IMG/VR virus record: IMGVR_UViG_3300009177_000033
Span: 6,893 to 70,892 of that record
Origin: a virus
Direction: 5' to 3' (one strand)
DNA: 64,000 bases
Shown here: in pieces, positions 8,352-17,752 of the stretch
How the letters are laid out: every line of letters starts with the position of its first letter
How positions within the stretch are numbered: position 1 is the first letter of the stretch
Program-made: the position numbers and the translations under genes
Notes under the pieces: model-generated
Told to the model about the DNA's origin: nothing
The model's database searches: none
Seen by the model: only the letters and a program-made list of their open reading frames with translations

Positions 8352-9086
8352 ATGACAATCCAGACATCAACCCTTCGTCCCGGCCTGCTCGTTTCGCTCA
8401 AGACCTCGACGCGCGGAAACGTCTCTTACGAAAAGCGCGACCTCGAGGACTCGAAGCTCGAAAACGTCGAGCTTAAGAAATGGGAAACCTCCCGCACTAT
8501 CGCCGATCTCGACGAATGGGAGCGTTCGAAGAAAGCGCGAAGCGCCGCGTCAATCGCAGTTCGCAAAGTCTGCGCTTGGTCGGCGTTCGGATTGCTTTGC
8601 CCCGAAAGCGATAAAGACGATCTCGACGCCGCAATCGTCGAGGCTCGCCGTATCGTGGAAGAATTTAACGCAACCGCGACGATGACGCGGCTGCACGTTT
8701 TCGTCATGGTTGGCAAGATCGCTGCCGACGATGTGGAAGCGGTTCGCGCCATCAATAGCGAAGTGCGCGACTTGATGCGCGATATGGAAGAGGGGTTGAA
8801 AAACCTAGACGTTAAGACAGTCCGCGACGCGGCGCAGAAAGCAAAAAGCTTGGGCCAGATGCTTACGCCCGATGCCGAAGGCCGCGTAACGAAAGCGGTG
8901 GAGCTCGCCCGCGAAGCGGCGAAGAAGATCGTCAAAGCTGGCGACGAAGGCACGGTAGAGATCGATAAACGCGCTATCCGCAAGATCGCAGAGCAGCGCA
9001 CATCGTTCCTCGATCTCGATGGCCCGGTCGAAGTGCAAAAGCCGACCACCAAGAAAACCCGCGCTGTTGATCTCGCTGCCGATTAG
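8352..9086 (+). CDS. Helical hypothetical protein, partner of the AAA+ ATPase
   Basis: Motif/RBS upstream of ATG 8352; 244 aa; coiled-coil character. Confidence 0.75.
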   Translation: MTIQTSTLRPGLLVSLKTSTRGNVSYEKRDLEDSKLENVELKKWETSRTIADLDEWERSKKARSAASIAVRKVCAWSAFGLLCPESDKDDLDAAIVEARRIVEEFNATATMTRLHVFVMVGKIAADDVEAVRAINSEVRDLMRDMEEGLKNLDVKTVRDAAQKAKSLGQMLTPDAEGRVTKAVELAREAAKKIVKAGDEGTVEIDKRAIRKIAEQRTSFLDLDGPVEVQKPTTKKTRAVDLAAD

Positions 9087-9095
9087 GAGGTTTCG

Positions 9096-9320
9096 ATGCA
9101 ATATCGATTCTCGACACTCGCGAGCTTGGCCGATTATCTCGGTAATCGCGCCACGATGTTTCGCGAAAGCGCTGCGGGCGCAAAGTCCGCAGCGAAGCGT
9201 GCGCTCCTAATAGAACGCGCGACGACGCACGAAAGTATCGCCGATATGATCCGCCATACGGTCATAGAGAAAGGCGAAACTGATTTGACAATCGTTCTCA
9301 ACCCGCAACGGGAGAAGTGA
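9096..9320 (+). CDS. Hypothetical protein
   Basis: AGGAGG RBS. Confidence 0.65.
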   Translation: MQYRFSTLASLADYLGNRATMFRESAAGAKSAAKRALLIERATTHESIADMIRHTVIEKGETDLTIVLNPQREK

Positions 9321-9676
9321 CCATGGCTTGCGATACAAGATTGCGCCAACGACAGACGATCAGCGAGCGCAAAGAGGAAGTGAAGAAAGCGCTCACGCAA
9401 CTCGAAAAGCTGATCGCGGCTGGAAAGGTTTCCGTCCGCGTCGGCAAGGAAGGCATCGGCAAGGGCGCGGTGGCGTTTATGGGCTGGGCCGATAGCGAGC
9501 GCAACGGATTAACCGATGCGTGCGCGTTGCGTCTCTTAATGGCTACCGGCTCGCAACTGACGAAATTGAAACTGGCCCAAGCGCAGCAAATGGCCGGCGT
9601 TTCGATCAATCGTCAGGTTATCGGGCAGGGCGTTCACTCGCACGATGGAGGGGCAACATGGCACAAGGGCCACTAA
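9317..9676 (+). CDS. Hypothetical protein ending HSHDGGATWHKGH
   Basis: GGAG RBS; overlaps the upstream stop. Confidence 0.7.
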   Translation: MTMACDTRLRQRQTISERKEEVKKALTQLEKLIAAGKVSVRVGKEGIGKGAVAFMGWADSERNGLTDACALRLLMATGSQLTKLKLAQAQQMAGVSINRQVIGQGVHSHDGGATWHKGH

Positions 9677-10098
9677 CCAACCCTCCGCGTATCCAAGCAG
9701 TGCCGCGCGAAATGGCGGAAAAGAAACCGCCACACGGTTCGCCGTGTAATTCGTGCGGCCTCTGCTGCTTTTCTAGCAAGTGCGATGTCGGGCGAACTCT
9801 TTTCGGTGGGCCGTCGCGCGACGGCGGCGGCCCATGCCCGGCGCTTCGCTTCGAGACTGACGGGAAAAGCTACTGCGACGTTATGCAAAACCCGCAGCTC
9901 TATAACGAGAACGACCCAGACGAGGCGCGCGCCGCGATGATGCTTCTCATGTACGCCGGGTGGGGCTGCACGATGCGCGTCAACGGCGAATTTAATGGAT
10001 CGTTCGACCACAAGCTCAGTCGCTTTACCGAAGATCGCCGCGACGCTTTCAACAATGCGTCGCGTATCTGGAAGCTCGATCACTTACTTCCCTTCTAA
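9658..10098 (+). CDS. Cys-rich CxxCxxCC (YkgJ-like metal/Fe-S binding) protein
   Basis: PCNSCGLCC...C...PCPAL...YC. Confidence 0.6.
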   Translation: MAQGPLTNPPRIQAVPREMAEKKPPHGSPCNSCGLCCFSSKCDVGRTLFGGPSRDGGGPCPALRFETDGKSYCDVMQNPQLYNENDPDEARAAMMLLMYAGWGCTMRVNGEFNGSFDHKLSRFTEDRRDAFNNASRIWKLDHLLPF

Positions 10099-10129
10099 AC
10101 CCAATCCATGAAACCGATGGAGACTACCG

Positions 10130-10276
10130 ATGACAAAAACTTATCGCGTTTTCGAAGCTATCGCGATCCACGTTGTCGCGACTGCCGTTATCATCTTCGC
10201 CCTGTTGATCGCTGTGGGCATCGTAAAAGCCGAGCCGCGCTGCCACCAGCACCACGGCGTCACCCACTGCCACTAA
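10130..10276 (+). CDS. 48-aa membrane peptide with His/Cys-rich tail
   Basis: Motif upstream; manual translation MTKTYRVFEAIAIHVVATAVIIFALLIAVGIVKAEPRCHQHHGVTHCH. Confidence 0.6.
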   Translation: MTKTYRVFEAIAIHVVATAVIIFALLIAVGIVKAEPRCHQHHGVTHCH

Positions 10277-10288
10277 CTGGAGGCGAGC

Positions 10289-11083
10289 GTGAGCTACTGC
10301 TACGACACGATGCAAAAAGCTTGGGACAAGCTCTCCGAGCATTTGCCCGCGGACGTTCGCCACGGCGAACTCGCCGTACGTTTCGGCTTTCTGATTTCAG
10401 AAATGCACGAAGCCAACCACCGACTAAAAGACGCGATCAATAAAGATGACCGCGTCTATCACTGCGCGCGCAATCTCGACCGGCTAATGGAGAATCCCAA
10501 TGGCTGATCACTCTATCGCCGAATGCGACGCGACGCTTTCGAGGCACTTGGACGAAATTAAAGCTGGCAGGATGACGTTTTACCAAACGTGGACCTGCTT
10601 CAAGTGCAAGCAGCGCGTCACTGGCAGCACGCCCAATAAACTTTTCATCATGGGCCACCATGAGGATTGCGGATTTGTAACCGATCTCGAAAAGGCCGGG
10701 TGCAATTATCTGCTGCACGTTCAGATCGGAGGTCGCCAATGACCCCCTATACACTCGCAAGACTCTGGCTAAGCGGCGACGCTTCGTCAGGGATGCGGCC
10801 GCGCTATCTCGCGCAAGAATTTGTTTTGCGTCGAGCGCTTCGCGACCCCGTAGTTGCGGCGAAGATCGTCGCAGAGCTTAACGATGGTTCCCGGTCGCTC
10901 GGTTGCGGGCGGGATTTCGCGTCCAATATGGAAATCTATCGATGCGCTCCGGACTATTGGCGACAAGAGATTATCCGCCAGTGGCGGGCGCAAAAGATCA
11001 TAGATGAATGCAGGCGTCGGGCAAACGGCACTATCGATTGGCCTGTTCCCGGCGTCGGTGCTGCTTGGTCGGTGCAATCATGA
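10289..11083 (+). other. Three small, tightly coupled hypothetical ORFs (10289-10507, 10500-10742, ~10739-11083)
   Basis: GGAG RBSs and overlapping start/stop codons. Confidence 0.55.
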
Positions 11084-11547
11084 AGCCCCGATACCAATGG
11101 CAAAAGCTTCGCCGAGCGGTGCCAACGCCAATGAGCGACGCGCTCATTGACGATCTCGTTCGTCTCGGAAAATACAGTAGCCGTGAAGAGATTATCGAAA
11201 AGCTGAACCACGAAGAAGCAACCACATCGCTCTGGGTAAACGATACGTACCAAGTTCAACGCCGCGAAATGGAAGGCGGCTTGGTGCACATCAATATCCG
11301 GCGACGCGATGGCGGTCCGATTCTTCGCGACTGGCGACACTTCCAGCAGATCAAAAACGAAATGCTGGGAGAAGAATGCGAAGCCATCGAGCTTTATCCC
11401 GCAGAATCGCGGAAGGTCGATGCTTCGAACAAATACCACTTATGGGGATATGCCGACCCTTCGTGGCGATTTCCTATCGGCATGGAAACCCGGCAAGTTG
11501 ATTATACGGACGGAAACGTGCCGGGTACTCGTCAACGTCCGCTGTAA
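11080..11547 (+). CDS. Conserved phage protein (HxxI...W..xQ.IK...E.YP...YHLW family)
   Basis: HINIRRRDG...WRHFQQIKNE...EAIELYPAESR...NKYHLW; paralog at 24838. Confidence 0.7.
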   Translation: MKPRYQWQKLRRAVPTPMSDALIDDLVRLGKYSSREEIIEKLNHEEATTSLWVNDTYQVQRREMEGGLVHINIRRRDGGPILRDWRHFQQIKNEMLGEECEAIELYPAESRKVDASNKYHLWGYADPSWRFPIGMETRQVDYTDGNVPGTRQRPL

Positions 11548-11571
11548 AATCTCAAACCGATGGAGACTAAA

Positions 11572-12282
11572 ATGACTGACCTCAATATTCCGACTTTCCT
11601 CGCCCGCAAAGAAACCGAAGCTGAGGCCGAAGCGCGTCGAAAGAAAAACGCGCCGAAGGACAACAGCAAGGGCCTCAAAGTCGTAACGCCGCCCGATCCG
11701 AAGATCAGCGCGGCGATTGCGAAGGACTTTGCCGAGACGAAGAAAAAAGAAAAGCTCGACGATGTTAAAAAGTTCGTCGCGAACGGCCAAGCTGCCCAGA
11801 AAGCCGCCGATAAGGCGGTAAGCGATTTCGGCAAGTCTTTCGCCAAAGGCGGAAAAGCAGTGGCGGCAGCGAACGCGAAAACAGCCAAGGAGATCGCCAA
11901 GGCAAAGCTGCCGAAGAAAGCTGGCAAGATCGTAGAGAAGGCGATCAAGGCGCGCGACGAACTCGCGGCCAAGGCGAAAGCGGCGATCTCCGCGACGAAC
12001 GGCAAGACGCCAGCCAAGCCGGCCAAAAAGACGTCAAAGGGCCGATATGACTGGGCAGCGGCGGAAGAAGCGGCGAAGAAAGGAAAGATTCCCGAGACGC
12101 CTGATTTTTCCGCGAATACGCACAAGTGCTATCGCCCGCGCCTCGACGAGATCGTCAAACTCGTCAAAGCGAAGAACGTCAAGGCGCTTAAGGCGATGAA
12201 GGATTCGGACTTCCGCAAAGATGGAAGCCCGCTAATCATGAACCGCTATCGCAAGCTCGCGATTACTGCTCTGGAGGCTTAG
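11572..12282 (+). CDS. Lys/Ala-rich (histone H1-like) protein with an N-terminal FtsZ-tail-like peptide
   Basis: MTDLNIPTFLARK start, long AK-rich middle, globular C-terminal region. Confidence 0.75.
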   Translation: MTDLNIPTFLARKETEAEAEARRKKNAPKDNSKGLKVVTPPDPKISAAIAKDFAETKKKEKLDDVKKFVANGQAAQKAADKAVSDFGKSFAKGGKAVAAANAKTAKEIAKAKLPKKAGKIVEKAIKARDELAAKAKAAISATNGKTPAKPAKKTSKGRYDWAAAEEAAKKGKIPETPDFSANTHKCYRPRLDEIVKLVKAKNVKALKAMKDSDFRKDGSPLIMNRYRKLAITALEA

Positions 12283-12970
12283 CCGGTCCGGTTACGTTCC
12301 AGAACAACACAGGGCCGGGGCGCTTGCCCCGGCTCTGGCATATCTGCCAAGCCTTCGCATCGTAATGCGGATCGGATGGGAACGGCGGCTGCTTTGCCCG
12401 CCATTCGAACGGCTTTGGAAAAAATATGTGGTTTGCGCCCGACACGGGCCGCGTCTTTCTTCCCACCATAACCACATTGATCTCGGCGTCGGGCCACGTT
12501 GCCCGCATCGCACGACCGAGAACACCACTCCCACCAGCACACCAAACTTCCCTTGGTTTTACTTTCAGCGTCTTTGCTGCCGCAGAGATCGCGTCGACCG
12601 CGCCGGGAACGTCCATACCGAACGGCGCGAGCTTTGCACCTGTATCTCCGCAATAGCGCTTTGCCGTCGCTTGTACGTTGCTCAGCATCCCGAATGGGAC
12701 TTGGATAATCGTCGCGCCCAGCGCCTTAGCTTCGAACGCTCGCGGATGCGGTTCGCTGCGCTTCGCGACAAATAACGTGGCTTTCTTTCCAAGCTTGTGC
12801 GCGACGAAGGCCAGCGCATATTGCGCGCCGCCTTGGCACGGCGATGCATAAACCACCTCATCGGCGTCCTCATATAGCGTTGCGAGATATCGAGACTTTG
12901 TGCCACCGGGAAATAAATCCTCGCGCACCACCAGGGTGCCGTCGATTTCCTCGAGGATGGGTTTTTGCAT
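12263..12970 (-). CDS. PLP-dependent enzyme (TrpB/ACC-deaminase fold type II-like)
   Basis: VVREDLFPGGTKSR (PLP lysine), VWCAGGSG phosphate loop, YDAKAW, LFWNV. Confidence 0.8.
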   Translation of the reverse strand: MQKPILEEIDGTLVVREDLFPGGTKSRYLATLYEDADEVVYASPCQGGAQYALAFVAHKLGKKATLFVAKRSEPHPRAFEAKALGATIIQVPFGMLSNVQATAKRYCGDTGAKLAPFGMDVPGAVDAISAAAKTLKVKPREVWCAGGSGVLGRAMRATWPDAEINVVMVGRKTRPVSGANHIFFPKPFEWRAKQPPFPSDPHYDAKAWQICQSRGKRPGPVLFWNVTGPAKPPEQ

Positions 12971-13432
12971 TTAAGGCCAGTCCGCGGGCTTCTCTTCCAG
13001 CGGAGCGTCCAGACCTCTTTTTATGCACTCATTCGCCAGCGTGTGAAACTCTCGCGAATGTCTTGCCCATGCATCAGATGGATTGCCAACGTCAGAGCGC
13101 GGGGCGTGGTGCGCGCGGTATAGAGCGTTGGCGGTACGTTTCAGTAATTCTGCGTCGGTCACGACTTGCTCCACTTGTCTGCCAGCCACGCATAGGCGGT
13201 TATGACGGCCAGCACGCATAGAAATGAAACGACAGATATAAACCCAAACACGAACCAGCGCGGCAGCAACGTGTTCCCGACCCAGATTAAATCGTTCATG
13301 TGTGCACCACGGTCAGGCGCGTCAGATGATTGGGCGCGTATTGTCGAACGCGACGAATATAGTCAGCAGCTTTTTTGCGGTCGGTAAAGATCGCTTCGTG
13401 ATAGTTCGCCCAGTCGTGCCAAATAATATAGA

Positions 13433-14917
13433 TCAAAGCTTGTCTCCATATTTTTCGAGCGATGCCGATTTTGCCTTCGGTTTCCTAGCGCCCGATTTTT
13501 CGAGGATCAGAACGATCTCGCCATCATCTGGGTCTGTCCCAGTGTAATTGTTCACCATTTCGGTGTGGCGCTTCTCGACGAACTGCATATTTGCGCCGCC
13601 GATAATCTGCATGGCGGTTTCTTCCAATGGATTTTTTTGATTGCCCACTTGCAGGGCAAACACCGCGCCCGGTTTCAGCGCTGCGGCAGTTTTCTCGATC
13701 AGCGGCTTATAGAAACCTTCCACCCACTTCGAATATTCTGGATAGCGACGCCAGCTTGATTCGTCGCCGTTGTATTTTTCCGTGTCGAAATACGGCGGGC
13801 TCGTTATCGCGAAATCGTAAAAGCCTTTCGATACGTTTGCGTCCTCATATGGGCAGAGCGTGAGATTGACTTTCTTTTTTGCATCGTAAAACGGTTTCAA
13901 ATCTTCAACCATCGCGCCGACGCCAAACGCGGTCTGCCCATCGACATCGAAGCCTTGATATTGCATCGCCGTTTCCGAAAGCAGGAAGCCAAGCGCTCGC
14001 CCGCCCCAGCCGTGACAAGGATCCAAGACTTTTCCGCCTTTCGGTGCGAACTCGTCGAACAATTTGCGCGCCAGATCGACAGGGAAATCCCCGGGCAGAC
14101 GATGCCCGCCGAACGAAAGCGTGCACGCCAGCATCTTGTCGAAGTTCGGCTTGCCACCACAGAACCATTGGAGACTTTCAATATTCGGCGTTTTATCCGG
14201 TGCCGGATCGAAATCGAGATGCAGAAAGTCGCTAAGCGATCCCTTCGTATCGCCATTCACGAATAAACGATGCCCGGTATAGGGAAGCGTCGCTCCGCGC
14301 GGGATATCGTCTCCATACAATTTGGCGCGTGCAAACCATACGGCAAGCGATCCTCGCGTATATGCCCCGCTGAGATATCCGCCTTTGTCGCGCCAGCCAT
14401 CGAGAATCTGCGCCCATTCTGCCACGCAGAGCTTCCACGCGCTGTTTAGGTAAATGCGCTCGTCCTCGGTGAGCTCGCGTTCGACAACGGGCGCGCCTTC
14501 GATATCGAACATGCCCGCGAGCTTGTCGTCAGGAAATCCGAGCATCGGCATATCGAAGCCCTGATCCTGCAATTCTTTCATTTCGATTTTGAGAAGCTCG
14601 TCGTCCCAACCCGAGAGCAACGCAACTTGATTATCGGCTATGCGGATCGCCTGTTTATCCGCTGGCGATAGCCCGCGCAGATAGACGACAGGCACTTTCT
14701 TAAAGCCAGCTTGTATTGCAGCGAGACGGCGACCGTGGCCTTTGAGGATTATGCCTTTCTCATCGACGACGATTGGCTGATCGAAGCCATATTTCATCAT
14801 CAACTGGGCGAGCAGTTCGATTTGCTTTTCAGGGTGCGTGCGGGGATTACGCTCATATGGAACGATGTCGCCGATTGGCACCAAAATGGAATCTGCGGCA
14901 GGGAAACTTTTCTTCAT
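13433..14917 (-). CDS. ParB/Srx N-terminal domain fused to an amino-(N4C/N6A) DNA methyltransferase
   Basis: PYERNPRTH...GFDQPIVVD...GHGRRLAA...IADNQ (ParB-N); VLDPCHGWGGR (motif I) and TSPPYF (motif IV). Confidence 0.85.
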   Translation of the reverse strand: MKKSFPAADSILVPIGDIVPYERNPRTHPEKQIELLAQLMMKYGFDQPIVVDEKGIILKGHGRRLAAIQAGFKKVPVVYLRGLSPADKQAIRIADNQVALLSGWDDELLKIEMKELQDQGFDMPMLGFPDDKLAGMFDIEGAPVVERELTEDERIYLNSAWKLCVAEWAQILDGWRDKGGYLSGAYTRGSLAVWFARAKLYGDDIPRGATLPYTGHRLFVNGDTKGSLSDFLHLDFDPAPDKTPNIESLQWFCGGKPNFDKMLACTLSFGGHRLPGDFPVDLARKLFDEFAPKGGKVLDPCHGWGGRALGFLLSETAMQYQGFDVDGQTAFGVGAMVEDLKPFYDAKKKVNLTLCPYEDANVSKGFYDFAITSPPYFDTEKYNGDESSWRRYPEYSKWVEGFYKPLIEKTAAALKPGAVFALQVGNQKNPLEETAMQIIGGANMQFVEKRHTEMVNNYTGTDPDDGEIVLILEKSGARKPKAKSASLEKYGDKL

Positions 14918-15502
14918 TTTAATAGAACCTCCCGATCAAATCCCCGAGAAAGCGACCAGCCGTGATCGCAAAAATAAACAACAGCATGGCATGTTCCCAT
15001 TTTGTCATCGCTTGCTAGCCATCAAGGATTGTCGGTCGGAAACGGCGGGCGATCTATGTGCTGAATCCATCGCTTCCCGCATTTGAAACAAACGAGGCTT
15101 TCAACAGCCAGCCCATCGCCAGTGTGGCCAACGTCAGCGGTCAAGTCGGCGGGCACTCCGCAATCCTCCCGTTCACACCTTTCCGGCTTTTCCATCGTCA
15201 CGATCCTTTAGCGGCGGTTAATAATCCGGCTGGATTTTCCCGGCCAGCCACCATGCCAAGCCGAAAGCTGCGGCGGTAATAATCAGGTCCATTTTCAGTC
15301 TCCTTTTTTCTGTGCGGCGGTTAACGATACAGCGATCAATTTTGCGCAATTCTGAAGACACCCATCTTTGACCTTATAGGTGTAATCCAGCCACTCGCCG
15401 CATTGCTCGCACTTCTCGCCGTTGTCACATGCGACTAAGCGAATCTCCCGTTTGAGAATTTCCAAAATCGTCTGTTCCATCACCCCAATCCCTTATGGCG
15501 CA

Positions 15503-16840
15503 TTAGTCCTTGAAAGGATCAAATTCACCCTCACCGGCCATAGCGACTGCGAACGGGCGAAGCGTGTGCAGAACATTCACCGATTTGGAATGCTGCGCCA
15601 GAACGTCAGGCAATCGACGATAGGCCATAGGACTTTCGTCGAGATCGGCACCAACCAAAGTTACGCCTCGCTCGTTCAACCACTTATCCATTTCGGCGCG
15701 CGTAAAGCGTCGCTTGGCTTCTTTGCGACCGAACAATCGGCCAGCGCCGTGGATCGTTGAATAGAGCGATTCTTTTGCCTCTTCGCTTTCGACGCCTTCG
15801 ACAATAACCGCATCGTCTCCCATCGAGCCGCCGACGAATCCGCGCTGGCCGGGGAAGGCCGGCGTCGCGCCTTTGCGAACCACCCATAGATTTTTGCCGT
15901 TATGATTCTCGCGCCATGCGTAATTGTGGTGGTTGTGGACCATATCGGTGACAGAGCCGCCGATAAGCTTGCGCACACGCTCGATCACCCATTCGCGGCC
16001 AGCGTAGGAATAGCGGCCAGCCAATTCCATCGCGGCGATGTAACGCCGACCAAGCTCGCTGTCCTCGTCGATAACCGCTGGCGGAACGTTCATTCCATCC
16101 TTTCCGCCAGCGAGCTTTAGATATTTCGTCGCGCTTGAATGGCCCAAGCCACGGCTCCCGAAGTGGACGCCGATCCAGACAAAGCCGTCCTCGTCGCGAA
16201 TCAGATCGACATAATGATTTCCAGAGCCGACGGTGCCAAGTTGCGCTGCCGCTTTCTGCCGATAGTCCTCTCTGTCCGATGCCTGCCATGCCGCATCGTC
16301 GTCCAACAGCGGATGCTCGACTTTCTCATCGTTCGTGAGGCCAACGCCGAAAGAAATCACCTTGTGGACGTCTTTGATGATCGTTCCGATGTTGTCCTGT
16401 ATCGCCGAGAACGGCGTGTCGAGCCGAACAGCCATATTCCCGCAGCCGATGTCGAAGCCCACACCGGAAATTGAAATCTGTTTCTCATATGCGATCACCC
16501 CGCCAACGGGCTGCGCATAACCAAGATGGCCGTCAGCGCAGATTACGCCAGCCATGGCATTGCCGACCGCCATGCAATTCTTCATCTGGGCGATGGTGTT
16601 GTCGTCGTGCTGGCCAAATATTTTTAGCGGGCTGTTTTGGTATTGCGGTTCCTGCGGGCGCAGCATCGCAATGCCTGCCGCCGCTTCTGCGGCCTCCTTG
16701 GCGACGTGCTCTTTTCTTGCTGCGTCTCGGAACGTGCACCAAGCTGGTTGACCGCGACCCTCGCCGACCCGGCTCTCCGGATCGATGCCAGCGGCTATGC
16801 AAAGCTCCTTTGCTCTCGCCTGATATGGATCGGAACGCAT
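15503..16840 (-). CDS. rtcB: RtcB-family RNA ligase
   Basis: DGHLGY, GFDIGCG, GSGNHY, HFGSRGLG, HNHHN, RKGATPA, HGAGR and DESPMAYR motifs. Confidence 0.95.
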   Translation of the reverse strand: MRSDPYQARAKELCIAAGIDPESRVGEGRGQPAWCTFRDAARKEHVAKEAAEAAAGIAMLRPQEPQYQNSPLKIFGQHDDNTIAQMKNCMAVGNAMAGVICADGHLGYAQPVGGVIAYEKQISISGVGFDIGCGNMAVRLDTPFSAIQDNIGTIIKDVHKVISFGVGLTNDEKVEHPLLDDDAAWQASDREDYRQKAAAQLGTVGSGNHYVDLIRDEDGFVWIGVHFGSRGLGHSSATKYLKLAGGKDGMNVPPAVIDEDSELGRRYIAAMELAGRYSYAGREWVIERVRKLIGGSVTDMVHNHHNYAWRENHNGKNLWVVRKGATPAFPGQRGFVGGSMGDDAVIVEGVESEEAKESLYSTIHGAGRLFGRKEAKRRFTRAEMDKWLNERGVTLVGADLDESPMAYRRLPDVLAQHSKSVNVLHTLRPFAVAMAGEGEFDPFKD

Positions 16841-16858
16841 TTTTATTTTTCCTTTTTA

Positions 16859-17266
16859 CTAGATAATTTCCATTCCTATGTCGCCGCAACGAACCGTCGT
16901 GTTTAGAAGCTCAAGCTTTTTTTTGCTGTGCAACTTGGCCCTGATAGCTGCTCCGCTTTTTATTTCATCTCCATTAATAATGGAGCTACCTACCGTTACG
17001 TCCTGCGCGGCAGTCGAAAAATCCAACGTGGCGGAAATTCTATATGTGCCGGGGCCGACATAGATACGCCACGGCGAGTCAAGCAATACCACTTTGTCGC
17101 TGACAAATTCCTCGCCATTGATCGCGGCTTGCAGTCCTGCCGTATCGTCGTGGATGCCATCGCCAAATATTCTCGGCAAAAATAAATTGGTGACTTTACC
17201 GACCGCGACCGTTGCGACAGCGGCGGCAGATACGAGCAACCCGCGCAGGAAATTTCTACGGTTCAT
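16859..17266 (-). CDS. Tat-signal protein with a pectate-lyase-3-like N-terminal motif
   Basis: MNRRNFLRGLL; GDGIHDDTAGLQAAI...PGTYRIS. Confidence 0.65.
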   Translation of the reverse strand: MNRRNFLRGLLVSAAAVATVAVGKVTNLFLPRIFGDGIHDDTAGLQAAINGEEFVSDKVVLLDSPWRIYVGPGTYRISATLDFSTAAQDVTVGSSIINGDEIKSGAAIRAKLHSKKKLELLNTTVRCGDIGMEII

Positions 17267-17392
17267 TTTAATTTCCCTTCGGTTGGTTTAGGCCAAACCT
17301 TACCGCAACGACTACAAGTCCAATGCGTCAAAAAAGGCGACGGCCATTTCGGATCGTGACCGAAAATCCAGCACCACATTTTTGTCGCTCCT

Positions 17393-17752
17393 TCATTTCT
17401 TCTGGATTGGGTTTGTCACGCTTGCCATCAGGCGCTGAAACTCTTTTTCCGTCATCACCGTCGCATTCGTCAGTCCTAGCCGGTTTTTCTTCTCCCAGAA
17501 TTTGCACGCGGGCGCCCCCGCCAAAATATCCGATCCTCGTCCGCCCGTCCAAGTTAGGCGACTCTTATCGCATTTATTCCAGCGGCGAAAGCGAATACAG
17601 TGCTGGCACGTTTTGCATGTCTCGCCCTTCGGCCCAGTTCCGGGGAAATATGCGTAGCCTCTGGGCTGGACGTAATGCTTCCCGCGAATGGTGTGCGAAA
17701 CCGTCTCGCCGCCCATCGTCTTAAACGTCAGTTGCTTTTCCCGCTGCGCCAT
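17393..17752 (-). CDS. Cys-rich hypothetical protein
   Basis: PGTGPKGETCKTCQHC...KC...PACKFW. Confidence 0.55.
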   Translation of the reverse strand: MAQREKQLTFKTMGGETVSHTIRGKHYVQPRGYAYFPGTGPKGETCKTCQHCIRFRRWNKCDKSRLTWTGGRGSDILAGAPACKFWEKKNRLGLTNATVMTEKEFQRLMASVTNPIQKK

